Origin: Zymomonas mobilis subsp. mobilis ATCC 10988
Lineage (GTDB): Bacteria; Pseudomonadota; Alphaproteobacteria; Sphingomonadales; Sphingomonadaceae
Direction of reading: 5' to 3'
Length of the DNA stretch: 32,000 bases
NCBI RefSeq assembly: GCF_000175255.2
Contig: NC_017262.1
Span: 1,680,001 to 1,712,000 of the forward strand
Shown: piece after piece, positions 1 through 7,126 of the stretch
Numbering within the stretch: position 1 is the stretch's first letter
Layout of the letters: every line of letters begins with the position of its first letter
Program-made: the position numbers and the translations under genes
Notes under the pieces: model-generated
The model's database searches: none
Told to the model about the DNA's origin: nothing
Seen by the model: the letters and a program-made list of their open reading frames with translations, nothing else

Positions 1-437
1 AAGCTGGGTTAGCGGCTTTATCTCCGGCTTTGGCCGCGAAACTCTATGGGTTGGAAATCCTTGAAAAGGGTATTGCCGATGGTGATACCAATATTACCCG
101 CTTTGTTGTTCTCGCCGAAGCCGACACCGCTTTGCAAGATCTTCCCCCGATTAGACAAAATTTATCAGGAAAAATGATGACCAGCTTGCTGTTTACCGTC
201 AAAAACACACCTTCCGCCTTATTGAACGCGATTAAGGGCTTTGGTGATAATCAAGTAAATATGACCAAGCTTGAAAGCTATCAGCATGGTGCCAGCTTTT
301 CCGCGACCCAATTCTATGCGGATGTCGAAGGCGAACCTTCCGAAGATAATGTCGCACGGGCTTTAGATATTTTGCAAGAAAATGCCTGCGATCTCCGTAT
401 CTTGGGTGTGTATGCCCAAGCGCGCCCGCGCCAATAA
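1..437 (+). CDS. pheA: Prephenate dehydratase, C-terminal part (5' end lies outside the window)
   Basis: The frame is open from base 3 with no upstream stop. It translates ...AAKLYGLEILEKGIADGDTNITRFVVL..., followed by an ACT-like regulatory domain (TSLLFTVKNTPSALLNAIKGF...LESY), typical of PheA. Stop TAA at 435-437. Confidence 0.85.
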   Translation, partial: AGLAALSPALAAKLYGLEILEKGIADGDTNITRFVVLAEADTALQDLPPIRQNLSGKMMTSLLFTVKNTPSALLNAIKGFGDNQVNMTKLESYQHGASFSATQFYADVEGEPSEDNVARALDILQENACDLRILGVYAQARPRQ

Positions 438-441
438 AATA

Positions 442-1563
442 TTAGGCCTTGCGGGTCTGCTTAAGATATTTTTTGACCGCTTTTTTAAAAACGGTGGGCA
501 GACCGGCAAGGTCGATTTCATCAATCGGCCAATATTCACCCTCGATCATATCGCTAGTCGTTTCAGCGGAAAAAATCCGCAATTCCAAAGCAAAATGCGT
601 AAAAATATGCTCAATATGACCTTGTTTTTCCCAAGCCAGAGTCATTAGATTTTTTTGCGCCTGCGCTGGAAAGGACGGGAAGGCTTCTTTTATAGCCTGC
701 TGCTCTGTTTCGGCATCACTGGCTGTTGTGGTGATTTTGGATTGATCGAGCCATTCGCTGCTCGGCAACGCCCTCATGCCACCCAATAAGCCTTTATCCG
801 GTCTCCGGATCAGTAAAATCTGATCTTTGGATGTAACGATAAAGGCATATCCAATCCGTGTTGGACGTATTTTTTTCGGGGCTTTGATCGGGAAAACTGC
901 CGGATTACCTGTTTTTTGTCCTTCGCAATGGGGCATCATTGGGCAAATCGCACAGGTGGGTTGCCGATTGACGCAGATTGTCGCGCCAATATCCATCATC
1001 GCTTGAGCAAAATCACCCGCTGCTGAATCTGGCGTTAATTTGTCGGTTTCCTCGGCGATAATCGGACGGGAAGCGGGTAAGGGCGTTTCAATAGCAAAAA
1101 GGCGACTAACCACTCTTTCGACATTGGCATCGACCACAACCGCTCTTTTCCCAAAGGCAATCGCCACAATCGCGGCGGCGGTATAGCGACCGATACCGGG
1201 TAATGCCAGTAAGCCCTGCTCATTATCAGGAAATTTACCGCCTGAAGCGACCACTTCCTTGGCGCATTTAATCAGGTTTCTGGCGCGGCTATAATATCCC
1301 AAACCAGCCCATTCAGCCATAACATCAGCTTCTTGGGCGGCCGCCAAGGCTTCGACCGTTGGCCATCTTTCGACAAATTTTAAATAATAAGGCGCGGCAT
1401 GGGCGGTTGTCGTCTGCTGTAGCATGATTTCCGATAACCAGACCCGATAGGGATCGACTTTATTTTGCTGGGCTTCTGTCCGCCAAGGCAAAATACGGGC
1501 ATGGCGTTGATACCAGTTAAGAAGATCAGTGGTTATTTCACGATAAACAGCAGATTTTTGCAT
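442..1563 (-). CDS. mutY: A/G-specific adenine DNA glycosylase MutY
   Basis: 373 aa. HhH-GPD core (PWR...DPYRVWLSEIMLQQTT, LPGIGRYTAAAI), a 4Fe-4S cysteine cluster (CVNRQPTCAICPMMPHC) and a NUDIX-like C-terminal domain. Convergent with pheA with only 4 nt between the stops. Confidence 0.92.
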   Translation of the reverse strand: MQKSAVYREITTDLLNWYQRHARILPWRTEAQQNKVDPYRVWLSEIMLQQTTTAHAAPYYLKFVERWPTVEALAAAQEADVMAEWAGLGYYSRARNLIKCAKEVVASGGKFPDNEQGLLALPGIGRYTAAAIVAIAFGKRAVVVDANVERVVSRLFAIETPLPASRPIIAEETDKLTPDSAAGDFAQAMMDIGATICVNRQPTCAICPMMPHCEGQKTGNPAVFPIKAPKKIRPTRIGYAFIVTSKDQILLIRRPDKGLLGGMRALPSSEWLDQSKITTTASDAETEQQAIKEAFPSFPAQAQKNLMTLAWEKQGHIEHIFTHFALELRIFSAETTSDMIEGEYWPIDEIDLAGLPTVFKKAVKKYLKQTRKA

Positions 1564-1597
1564 AACACTCTATCGACGGAGAAGGATAAATTGTGGC

Positions 1598-2248
1598 ATG
1601 ACCTTTGTCATGGATAAAGGCAAGTCATCTTCTGTTAGAACTTCCAATACAGAAGAAAGAAACAACGCCACCCTTTCTAAAAAGAAAATACCTGCGAAAA
1701 AAAGATCAGGGAAGGTGGCCTCAAAAAGCAAAAAACTTGTCATCGACCATGATAAAAGGCGGTGCAGGTTAAGCTCGGTCGGGCAATTATTGCCCCATAT
1801 TGGCGGAGCCGCCTTTCGTCGCTTCGGTTTTTTGCATTCTACTCTGATAAGTCGTTGGCCATTGGTGGTCGGTGAAAAATATGCCCGTTTGTCGGTGCCT
1901 GAATCAATCCGTTTTCCTTTCGGTCAGACTGTAGGCGGAACATTGACGGTTGCGGCCGAAGGCGCAATGGTTACTTTGATGCAGCATATTACGCCTGCGA
2001 TTATCGAGCGGGCGAACCGTTTCTTCGGATATGCAGCCATCGGGAAAATCAGCTTTCGCCAAGGGCGACTGAGCCATTTTGCCAAGGCTGAAAAATCGGT
2101 GCCTTTACCAAAAACAGAATTACTTCAGACCTATTTGAGCGAGGAAGATCAAGACCTTCTCGATCAAGTGCATGATCCCGAATTACGGGAAAGTCTCATT
2201 CGTTTGGGCGGCGGTATCGCAAGAGAAATGGAGCAAAAACAGAATTAG
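1598..2248 (+). CDS. DUF721 / DciA-like protein with a lysine-rich N-terminal tail
   Basis: 216 aa. A basic N-terminus (KKKIPAKKRSGKVASKSKK) is followed by a region resembling DUF721 (LSSVGQLLPHIGGAAFRRFGF...WPLVVGEKYARLSVPESI). I recall a DUF721 gene next to mutY as a common alphaproteobacterial arrangement. The exact start is uncertain (ATG 1598 or 1610). Confidence 0.65.
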   Translation: MTFVMDKGKSSSVRTSNTEERNNATLSKKKIPAKKRSGKVASKSKKLVIDHDKRRCRLSSVGQLLPHIGGAAFRRFGFLHSTLISRWPLVVGEKYARLSVPESIRFPFGQTVGGTLTVAAEGAMVTLMQHITPAIIERANRFFGYAAIGKISFRQGRLSHFAKAEKSVPLPKTELLQTYLSEEDQDLLDQVHDPELRESLIRLGGGIAREMEQKQN

Positions 2249-2255
2249 TTTCGGC

Positions 2256-2286
2256 GGCTATCCTCATATTTTGATAGCCTTCCTTG
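2256..2286 (+). terminator. Putative intrinsic terminator after the DUF721 gene
   Basis: Stem GGCTATC (2256-2262) pairs with GATAGCC (2273-2279) across a 10-nt loop, followed by TTCCTTG. The U-tract is weak. Confidence 0.4.
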
Positions 2287-2498
2287 AAAGAGGGGCTATC
2301 CTTTGACCAAGAATAGCCTAAAAATATTCCGGTTCTATTTGTCGTTAAAAATCAGATTCTCTTTTCTGAATCGGCCTTTGATACAGGCCTCGTAGAAAAA
2401 ACGGTTGAACTATTTTAAAAGCTCTGAATTGAAAATAGACTTGAAATAAAAACGCTGACCTTACAGCTTTTGAAAAGCGGGCAACAGAAAGCGAACAG

Positions 2499-3269
2499 AT
2501 GATGAAAAAATTGAAAATAGGTTTAGGTGCTGTCCTTTTATTAGCCGGTTCTTCCTTTATGGTCAGTGCTTGCCATAAAACAGAAAAAGCGCCTGCCAAT
2601 AGCCAACAGGAAGCCGCTTTACCCGCCGCTATTCCGGCACCGAATGGCGGTAGTTGGACGGATGTTGTTTCTGTTTCCCCTGAAGGCGGCTTTGTCATGG
2701 GTAATCCCAAAGCGCCGGTTTCTTTGGTTGAATATGCGTCTTTTACCTGTCCGCATTGTGCCGATTTTACGCAGGAAGGTTTCCCGAAATTACGGGATAA
2801 TTATATCGCCAAAGGGTTGGTGAAATTAGAATTCCGTAACCTTGTTCGTGATCCATTTGATATTGCTCTGACTCTTCTTGCCCGCTGCCGTGGCGCGGAA
2901 ACCTTTTTCCCAATTGCGGATCAGCTTTTCCAAGAACAAAAACCGATGTTTGAACGCATCCAGAATGCGGACAAAGCCGATTTGCAACGTGTCGCCGGTC
3001 TGCCCCAAGATCAACAAATGGCAGAATATATCCGCCTGACGGGAATGAATCCCTTCTTCGGAAATCGCGGATTGCCGACCAGCGCCCAGAATAAATGTCT
3101 GACGGATCAGGCCGCGATTAAAACCCTGATGGATATTCGGAGCATTGCCGACAAGCAGAATGTCACCGGCACGCCAATGTTCTTAATCAATGGTGCTTTA
3201 CAAGAAGTCGGTATCGGTAGCCCGATTTGGGATCAGCTGGAACCTGCTTTGAAAGCTGCTCTGCAATAA
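2499..3269 (+). CDS. DsbA-family thiol:disulfide oxidoreductase, predicted lipoprotein
   Basis: 256 aa. Signal peptide with a lipobox (LLLAGSSFMVSAC), a thioredoxin-fold CPHC active site (SFTCPHCADF) and a DsbA-like helical insertion. Confidence 0.85.
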   Translation: MMKKLKIGLGAVLLLAGSSFMVSACHKTEKAPANSQQEAALPAAIPAPNGGSWTDVVSVSPEGGFVMGNPKAPVSLVEYASFTCPHCADFTQEGFPKLRDNYIAKGLVKLEFRNLVRDPFDIALTLLARCRGAETFFPIADQLFQEQKPMFERIQNADKADLQRVAGLPQDQQMAEYIRLTGMNPFFGNRGLPTSAQNKCLTDQAAIKTLMDIRSIADKQNVTGTPMFLINGALQEVGIGSPIWDQLEPALKAALQ

Positions 3270-3351
3270 TCGTTATTTTATCCCAAAGTTGATTTGGTAA
3301 ACTGGCTTGGCAAGGGAAAAATCAGGGCGCAAAGCACAATAGCTGAAAAAT

Positions 3352-3390
3352 CGAAGCCATCCGATAATCACCCTATGGCTTCGCTTTTGG
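3352..3390 (+). terminator. Intrinsic terminator after the dsbA-like gene
   Basis: Stem CGAAGCCAT (3352-3360) pairs with ATGGCTTCG (3375-3383) across a 14-nt loop, followed by CTTTTGG. Confidence 0.55.
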
Positions 3391-3452
3391 GGATATCACG
3401 GGTCTTTATCCGCTTTCGATAAAGACCCAGCAAGAAAGGATTGGAGTCCTTT

Positions 3453-4274
3453 ATGGTGCCGGTTAAAAATGTAGTGCTGAATGACGGGCATAGTATGCCA
3501 GCCATCGGTCAAGGCGTTTACCAACTCAATCCCGCACAAGCTGAAAGCATGGTCGCTTTGGGATATGATCTTGGCTATCGCGCTGTTGATACTGCGGCAT
3601 GGTATGAAAATGAAGAAGGGGTTGGAGAAGGGCTGCGTTCTCGTCACGCTCGTAGCTTTATAACCACCAAATTGATGCCGCAGGATATGGGGCGGGTGAA
3701 TTGCTTTGTCGCCCTTGATAAAAGCATCCGCAATCTGGGTGTAACTAGTTTAAATCTGTATCTTATCCATTGGCCGGGGCAAGACCGGAAACGCTATGAA
3801 GAGACATGGCAAACCCTGATTCAAATCAGGGCAATCGGCAAAGCCAGCTCTATCGGTGTCTCCAATTTTACGATTGATCATCTCGATCATATTATTGCCG
3901 ATTCCGGTGTCGTGCCTGCCGTCAACCAGATCGAATTACACCCTTATTTCCAGCAAAAAGAATTGCGTGCCTATCATGCGGAACGGGGTATTGTAACGAC
4001 CAGTTGGTCGCCGCTGGGTCGCGGAGCCGCTCTGAATGATCCGGTTATTCGTGAAATTGCTTTGAAGCATGGCAAAACACCGGCACAAGTTGTTTTGAAC
4101 TGGCATTTGAGTCTGGGTTTGACGGTTATTCCCAAGGCATCCAGTAAAGCCCGTTTACAAGAAAATCTTGAAGCGGATAGTTTCGCGCTTGATGAAGAAG
4201 ATATGCAGCGCATTGAATCTTTGGATAAACCTGACGGTCGTCAGGGGATGGATCCGGCTGTTTTCGATTTTTAA
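3453..4274 (+). CDS. Aldo/keto reductase (2,5-diketo-D-gluconate reductase-like, DkgA/B type)
   Basis: AKR catalytic tetrad context is present (DTAAWY, FITTKL, LIHWP), and the N-terminus has the form LNDGHSMPAIGQGV. The ORF opens at a TTG at 3441, but ATG 3453 has a GGAG (3443-3446) 6 nt upstream, so I prefer it. Confidence 0.88.
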   Translation: MVPVKNVVLNDGHSMPAIGQGVYQLNPAQAESMVALGYDLGYRAVDTAAWYENEEGVGEGLRSRHARSFITTKLMPQDMGRVNCFVALDKSIRNLGVTSLNLYLIHWPGQDRKRYEETWQTLIQIRAIGKASSIGVSNFTIDHLDHIIADSGVVPAVNQIELHPYFQQKELRAYHAERGIVTTSWSPLGRGAALNDPVIREIALKHGKTPAQVVLNWHLSLGLTVIPKASSKARLQENLEADSFALDEEDMQRIESLDKPDGRQGMDPAVFDF

Positions 4275-4381
4275 TGACCGGATATGATTTTTCGAAGGCG
4301 GTGTTTCGCTATACCGTCTCCGAAAAATCTAAAGTGCATTTTTCCCTTGAAAAATTATTTCTAGCGCTGGTTTGTTACCCG

Positions 4382-4861
4382 TTACTGGTTATCGGGATCG
4401 TCATATTTGGCATGTTTGCGTTGCTCTCTTTCGGCAATCGCATCCATAATAAATTGATGGTAACAGCCGCTTATCCCATTTGATCCTGATGTCGTGCAAC
4501 TTGTCGGAATACCGGTTGAGGTTGTTCTTTCCAGATCGGCGACTTTCGCACTCCATGCGCTATTAGCAAATTTCTGTTTTGGCTGATCCCGAAATCTTTT
4601 GGGCAGGCGATAGCGTTCGCTTTCGGGTTTTCTAGCGCAGATAACGATTTCATCGCCTTTCCCCTTGGGGCATTGATCTTGGCCATAGACGACCAAGGAT
4701 ATCACCCGTTCCGAAGGCGCTACGGCGTTAAGTTTTTGCTGTTCTTCAGGGGATAAAGCATCCCACATAGTGGTATCTTGGGCAGCAACTGGCAAGGCCA
4801 TAAAAGACAACGCCATCGCTAAAAAGGCGTTAACCGGACGCAGAAACAAACCCGCTTTCAT
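4382..4861 (-). CDS. Small secreted protein, paralog 1 of a Cys-pair / ERYR-x-P motif family (function unknown)
   Basis: 159 aa. Signal peptide ending ALPVAA/QD. Core VVYGQDQCPKGKGDEIVICARKPESERYRLPKRFRD, then SCTTSGSNGISGC. Similarity to the 4995-5414 paralog runs to the C-terminus (AEREQRK versus AERRAAK), which supports the annotated 3' end. Confidence 0.75.
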   Translation of the reverse strand: MKAGLFLRPVNAFLAMALSFMALPVAAQDTTMWDALSPEEQQKLNAVAPSERVISLVVYGQDQCPKGKGDEIVICARKPESERYRLPKRFRDQPKQKFANSAWSAKVADLERTTSTGIPTSCTTSGSNGISGCYHQFIMDAIAEREQRKHAKYDDPDNQ

Positions 4862-4946
4862 GCTTTTTCCTGAATAAAGGGAATCGAATATTATATTGTT
4901 ATAAAATTTAGCTTTCTCAAGATTGATATGAAGTGAACCAATCTTT

Positions 4947-4986
4947 TAAGAAAAAAGAGGGACAACAACTAACCGTCATCCCTCTT
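4947..4986 (-). terminator. Intrinsic terminator after paralog 2
   Basis: On the minus strand, AAGAGGGA pairs with TCCCTCTT (plus coordinates 4955-4962 and 4979-4986) across a 16-nt loop, followed by TTTTTCTT. Confidence 0.65.
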
Positions 4987-4994
4987 GCCTAACC

Positions 4995-5414
4995 TTATTG
5001 CGGCATGGCGCTATTTTTGAGCCGTTCTTTGGCCGCGCGTCTTTCTGCTACGTCATTTTGAGCTGCGACCCGACCACAGCCCATTTCCGAACCAGAACCG
5101 GAGGAAGTGCAGCTACCTGCACCTTGTGCGCCAGCCCCTGCAAAAATCTGCTGACGGGAAGCCCAGCTTTGCTGTTCCGGCTTGTTTCTTTCTTCGTCCC
5201 GCAATTCTTCCGGCACGCGATATTTGTCACCGGCAGGACGGGTGACACAGATATAGCCCGCCGGACAGGCTTCATTCCCATAAACCGTCATCGTCGGTGG
5301 TCTAGCAACCGAAGGCGACAAGAAGGCAATACCGGACAGTGATAAAGGTAAAGCAAAAAACAGAGAAAATTTGGTTATAGTTTTCATCGGATTATCCACC
5401 GGTTGCCTCGTCAT
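4995..5414 (-). CDS. Small secreted protein, paralog 2 of the Cys-pair / (D)KYR-x-P motif family
   Basis: 139-aa ORF. Core TVYGNEACPAGYICVTRPAGDKYRVPEELRDEE, then SCTSSGSGSEMGC. The true start is probably ATG 5387 (MKTITKFSLFFALPLSLSGIAFLSPSVA, a clean signal peptide, with GGTGGA 7 nt upstream). Confidence 0.72.
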   Translation of the reverse strand: MTRQPVDNPMKTITKFSLFFALPLSLSGIAFLSPSVARPPTMTVYGNEACPAGYICVTRPAGDKYRVPEELRDEERNKPEQQSWASRQQIFAGAGAQGAGSCTSSGSGSEMGCGRVAAQNDVAERRAAKERLKNSAMPQ

Positions 5415-5422
5415 ATAACGAT

Positions 5423-5450
5423 ATTATGCCACAAACAGGTTCATCTGCAA
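5423..5450 (-). promoter_or_regulatory. Putative sigma70-type promoter for paralog 2
   Basis: On the minus strand, TTGCAG (plus 5445-5450), a 16-nt spacer, then CATAAT (plus 5423-5428). This sits just upstream of the ORF and implies a short leader to ATG 5387. Confidence 0.4.
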
Positions 5451-5523
5451 ATTGTGGTCAATCTTATCTACAAATAGATACCCGCAATTTTTAGAGGAAA
5501 AGATTAAATCTTTGATAGATATT

Positions 5524-5955
5524 TTAATTACCTTTAAAAGGATTATTCATATCTGGCGCAGATAACATCCCCATATCCTGAACTCTTTGTCCCCAACTGC
5601 GATGGGTGCGCTGATATTTTTCTTCCTTCACCTTGCGGTCTTCTTCACGCATGGCAACTGGAATACGGTAACGCTCGCTTTCGGGTAAGCGGCGACAGAC
5701 AATAATTGTTTCGCTATCGGGTGCCTTGGGACAGCTTTCATTCCCGAAAATAACCATCTGTTTTGGCATACCATCGCTGGCTTTAACGGGCGGCATAATC
5801 GAAATGGCAACGCCTTTTGGAATATCCTCCCATCGGCGATTACTTAAACTCTCACTTGCCTTTGCATGATGGGCAAAAAGAGGCTGTCCGGCAAAGGCGA
5901 TATAATGAAGCAGGACGGCGGATATAACGGATTTATATCTCAAGGGAATAGCCAT
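5524..5955 (-). CDS. Small secreted protein, paralog 3 of the Cys-pair / ERYR-x-P motif family
   Basis: 143 aa. Signal peptide (VISAVLLHYIAFAGQPLFA/HH). Core VIFGNESCPKAPDSETIIVCRRLPESERYRIPVAMREEDR. It lacks the second SCT..GC cysteine pair. The start lies 6 nt after the coq7 stop. Confidence 0.72.
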   Translation of the reverse strand: MAIPLRYKSVISAVLLHYIAFAGQPLFAHHAKASESLSNRRWEDIPKGVAISIMPPVKASDGMPKQMVIFGNESCPKAPDSETIIVCRRLPESERYRIPVAMREEDRKVKEEKYQRTHRSWGQRVQDMGMLSAPDMNNPFKGN

Positions 5956-5961
5956 CCTGTT

Positions 5962-6519
5962 TTAAAAACGCTTTGATAATTCGATAGCGGCGCGGCATCC
6001 CAAACGGATCAATCCATATAAAACAGGATAGGCCGGAATTTCTTCAGCCCCTTCCTTGATGGCATGATCGCGATGTTCCAATTCTTCTTCCCGATATTCG
6101 GCAATCATCTTTTTTAATTCATGATCTTCCGAACCGAGCTTTTCCATCTGGCTTTTGTAATGTTCGTCAATTTCGCTTTCGACTGCTGCCGTGCAGGCCA
6201 TAGCGGTTTTAGGGCCTATCAGGGCGGTTGCCGCTCCCAAGGCAAAACCCGCTATTTTCCAGACAGGTTGCAACAAGGTCGGGCGGACATGCCGTTCCTG
6301 AACCAGTTTTTCAAAACCCGCAAAATGGCGATCTTCCTGTGCCGCCATACGGGTAATCATTTTGGAAAGCCGACCATTCCGGTCGCCCATAATGGCTAAT
6401 TGACCTGCATAAATACGGATTGCGCCATATTCACCCGCATGGTCAACGCGGATCATTGACTTCCGTTCTTCTTCGGAAATTTTTGTTTCTAACGGCGTTT
6501 GGGAAGATAATTCAGACAT
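5962..6519 (-). CDS. coq7: Demethoxyubiquinone hydroxylase (Coq7 family di-iron carboxylate protein)
   Basis: 185 aa. RVDHAGEYGAIRIYAGQ plus ExxH di-iron motifs (QEDRH, ELEH). ATG 6519 overlaps the dsbB 3' end by 31 nt. An internal ATG at 6456 (MIRVDHAGE) is an alternative start. Confidence 0.85.
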   Translation of the reverse strand: MSELSSQTPLETKISEEERKSMIRVDHAGEYGAIRIYAGQLAIMGDRNGRLSKMITRMAAQEDRHFAGFEKLVQERHVRPTLLQPVWKIAGFALGAATALIGPKTAMACTAAVESEIDEHYKSQMEKLGSEDHELKKMIAEYREEELEHRDHAIKEGAEEIPAYPVLYGLIRLGCRAAIELSKRF

Positions 6520-7094
6520 AAAAGCGCTATCACCAATCCTGCCCCTGTAGAAAATATGGCATTAAAGCCGGCGAGTGAAATGCCCCATAACGTCCATGCC
6601 GGAATATCACAGCGGACAAAAGGTGCATTCATGATGGCATTGAACATTTCTTGGGTATTGTTACCCGTAATTGGCAGCGAGCAGGTCGTTATGCCTTCCC
6701 ACCAATGATATTCGACCCCCGCATGGAAAGCCCCGATAAAACCGCTGACCGCAATAGAAAAAGCAGCCAGCAAGGTTAATATCTTTTCAGAAGGGCGAAT
6801 ATAGCCTTTTAAAGAGTCTTTTTTGGAGAAAATAAACGACAGCAAGAAAGAAAAGACCATCAATCCGATAGCGATATAATGGGGTTTTCTTTGCCACAAG
6901 CACATTTCACAAGGATATAAATGGCCGATATATTCCGATCCCAATGCACTGATCATAGAGATAGTCGGATATAAAAAGGCAATCAGGCGTGCAAAGCATA
7001 AACGTTGATCTGCGGTGGTGTGAAGCGCCCATTCAATCAGCCTTTTATATAAAGGCTTTTCTTCTTGGGGCGTCGGCCTTGTGCTTGATGCCAT
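6489..7094 (-). CDS. dsbB: Disulfide bond formation protein B (DsbB family membrane oxidoreductase)
   Basis: 201 aa. Several predicted hydrophobic (transmembrane-like) segments. First periplasmic cysteine pair in PCEMCLWQRKPHY, second pair TC...RC, as in DsbB/BdbC. Confidence 0.82.
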   Translation of the reverse strand: MASSTRPTPQEEKPLYKRLIEWALHTTADQRLCFARLIAFLYPTISMISALGSEYIGHLYPCEMCLWQRKPHYIAIGLMVFSFLLSFIFSKKDSLKGYIRPSEKILTLLAAFSIAVSGFIGAFHAGVEYHWWEGITTCSLPITGNNTQEMFNAIMNAPFVRCDIPAWTLWGISLAGFNAIFSTGAGLVIALLCLNYLPKRR

Positions 7095-7126
7095 AATCCG
7101 ATCCTTATTATCCCGAATTGTATTTT

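Noticed and set aside
4288-4327. Hairpin between the convergent aldo/keto reductase and paralog-1 genes (GAAGGCGG pairing with CCGTCTCC, flanked by T5 on the left and A5 on the right), considered as a bidirectional terminator.
   Set aside because: In both transcription directions the U-tract would precede the stem rather than follow it. The flanking T and A runs merely extend the helix, so it is not a canonical intrinsic terminator.
4274-4483. 69-aa plus-strand ORF with a hydrophobic helix, starting at a TAATG overlap with the aldo/keto reductase stop.
   Set aside because: Its last ~100 nt run antisense to the 3' end of the 4382-4861 gene. That C-terminus is supported by similarity to its paralog, and I see no homology or RBS for the plus-strand ORF. 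It is probably spurious, though a tiny membrane peptide cannot be fully excluded.
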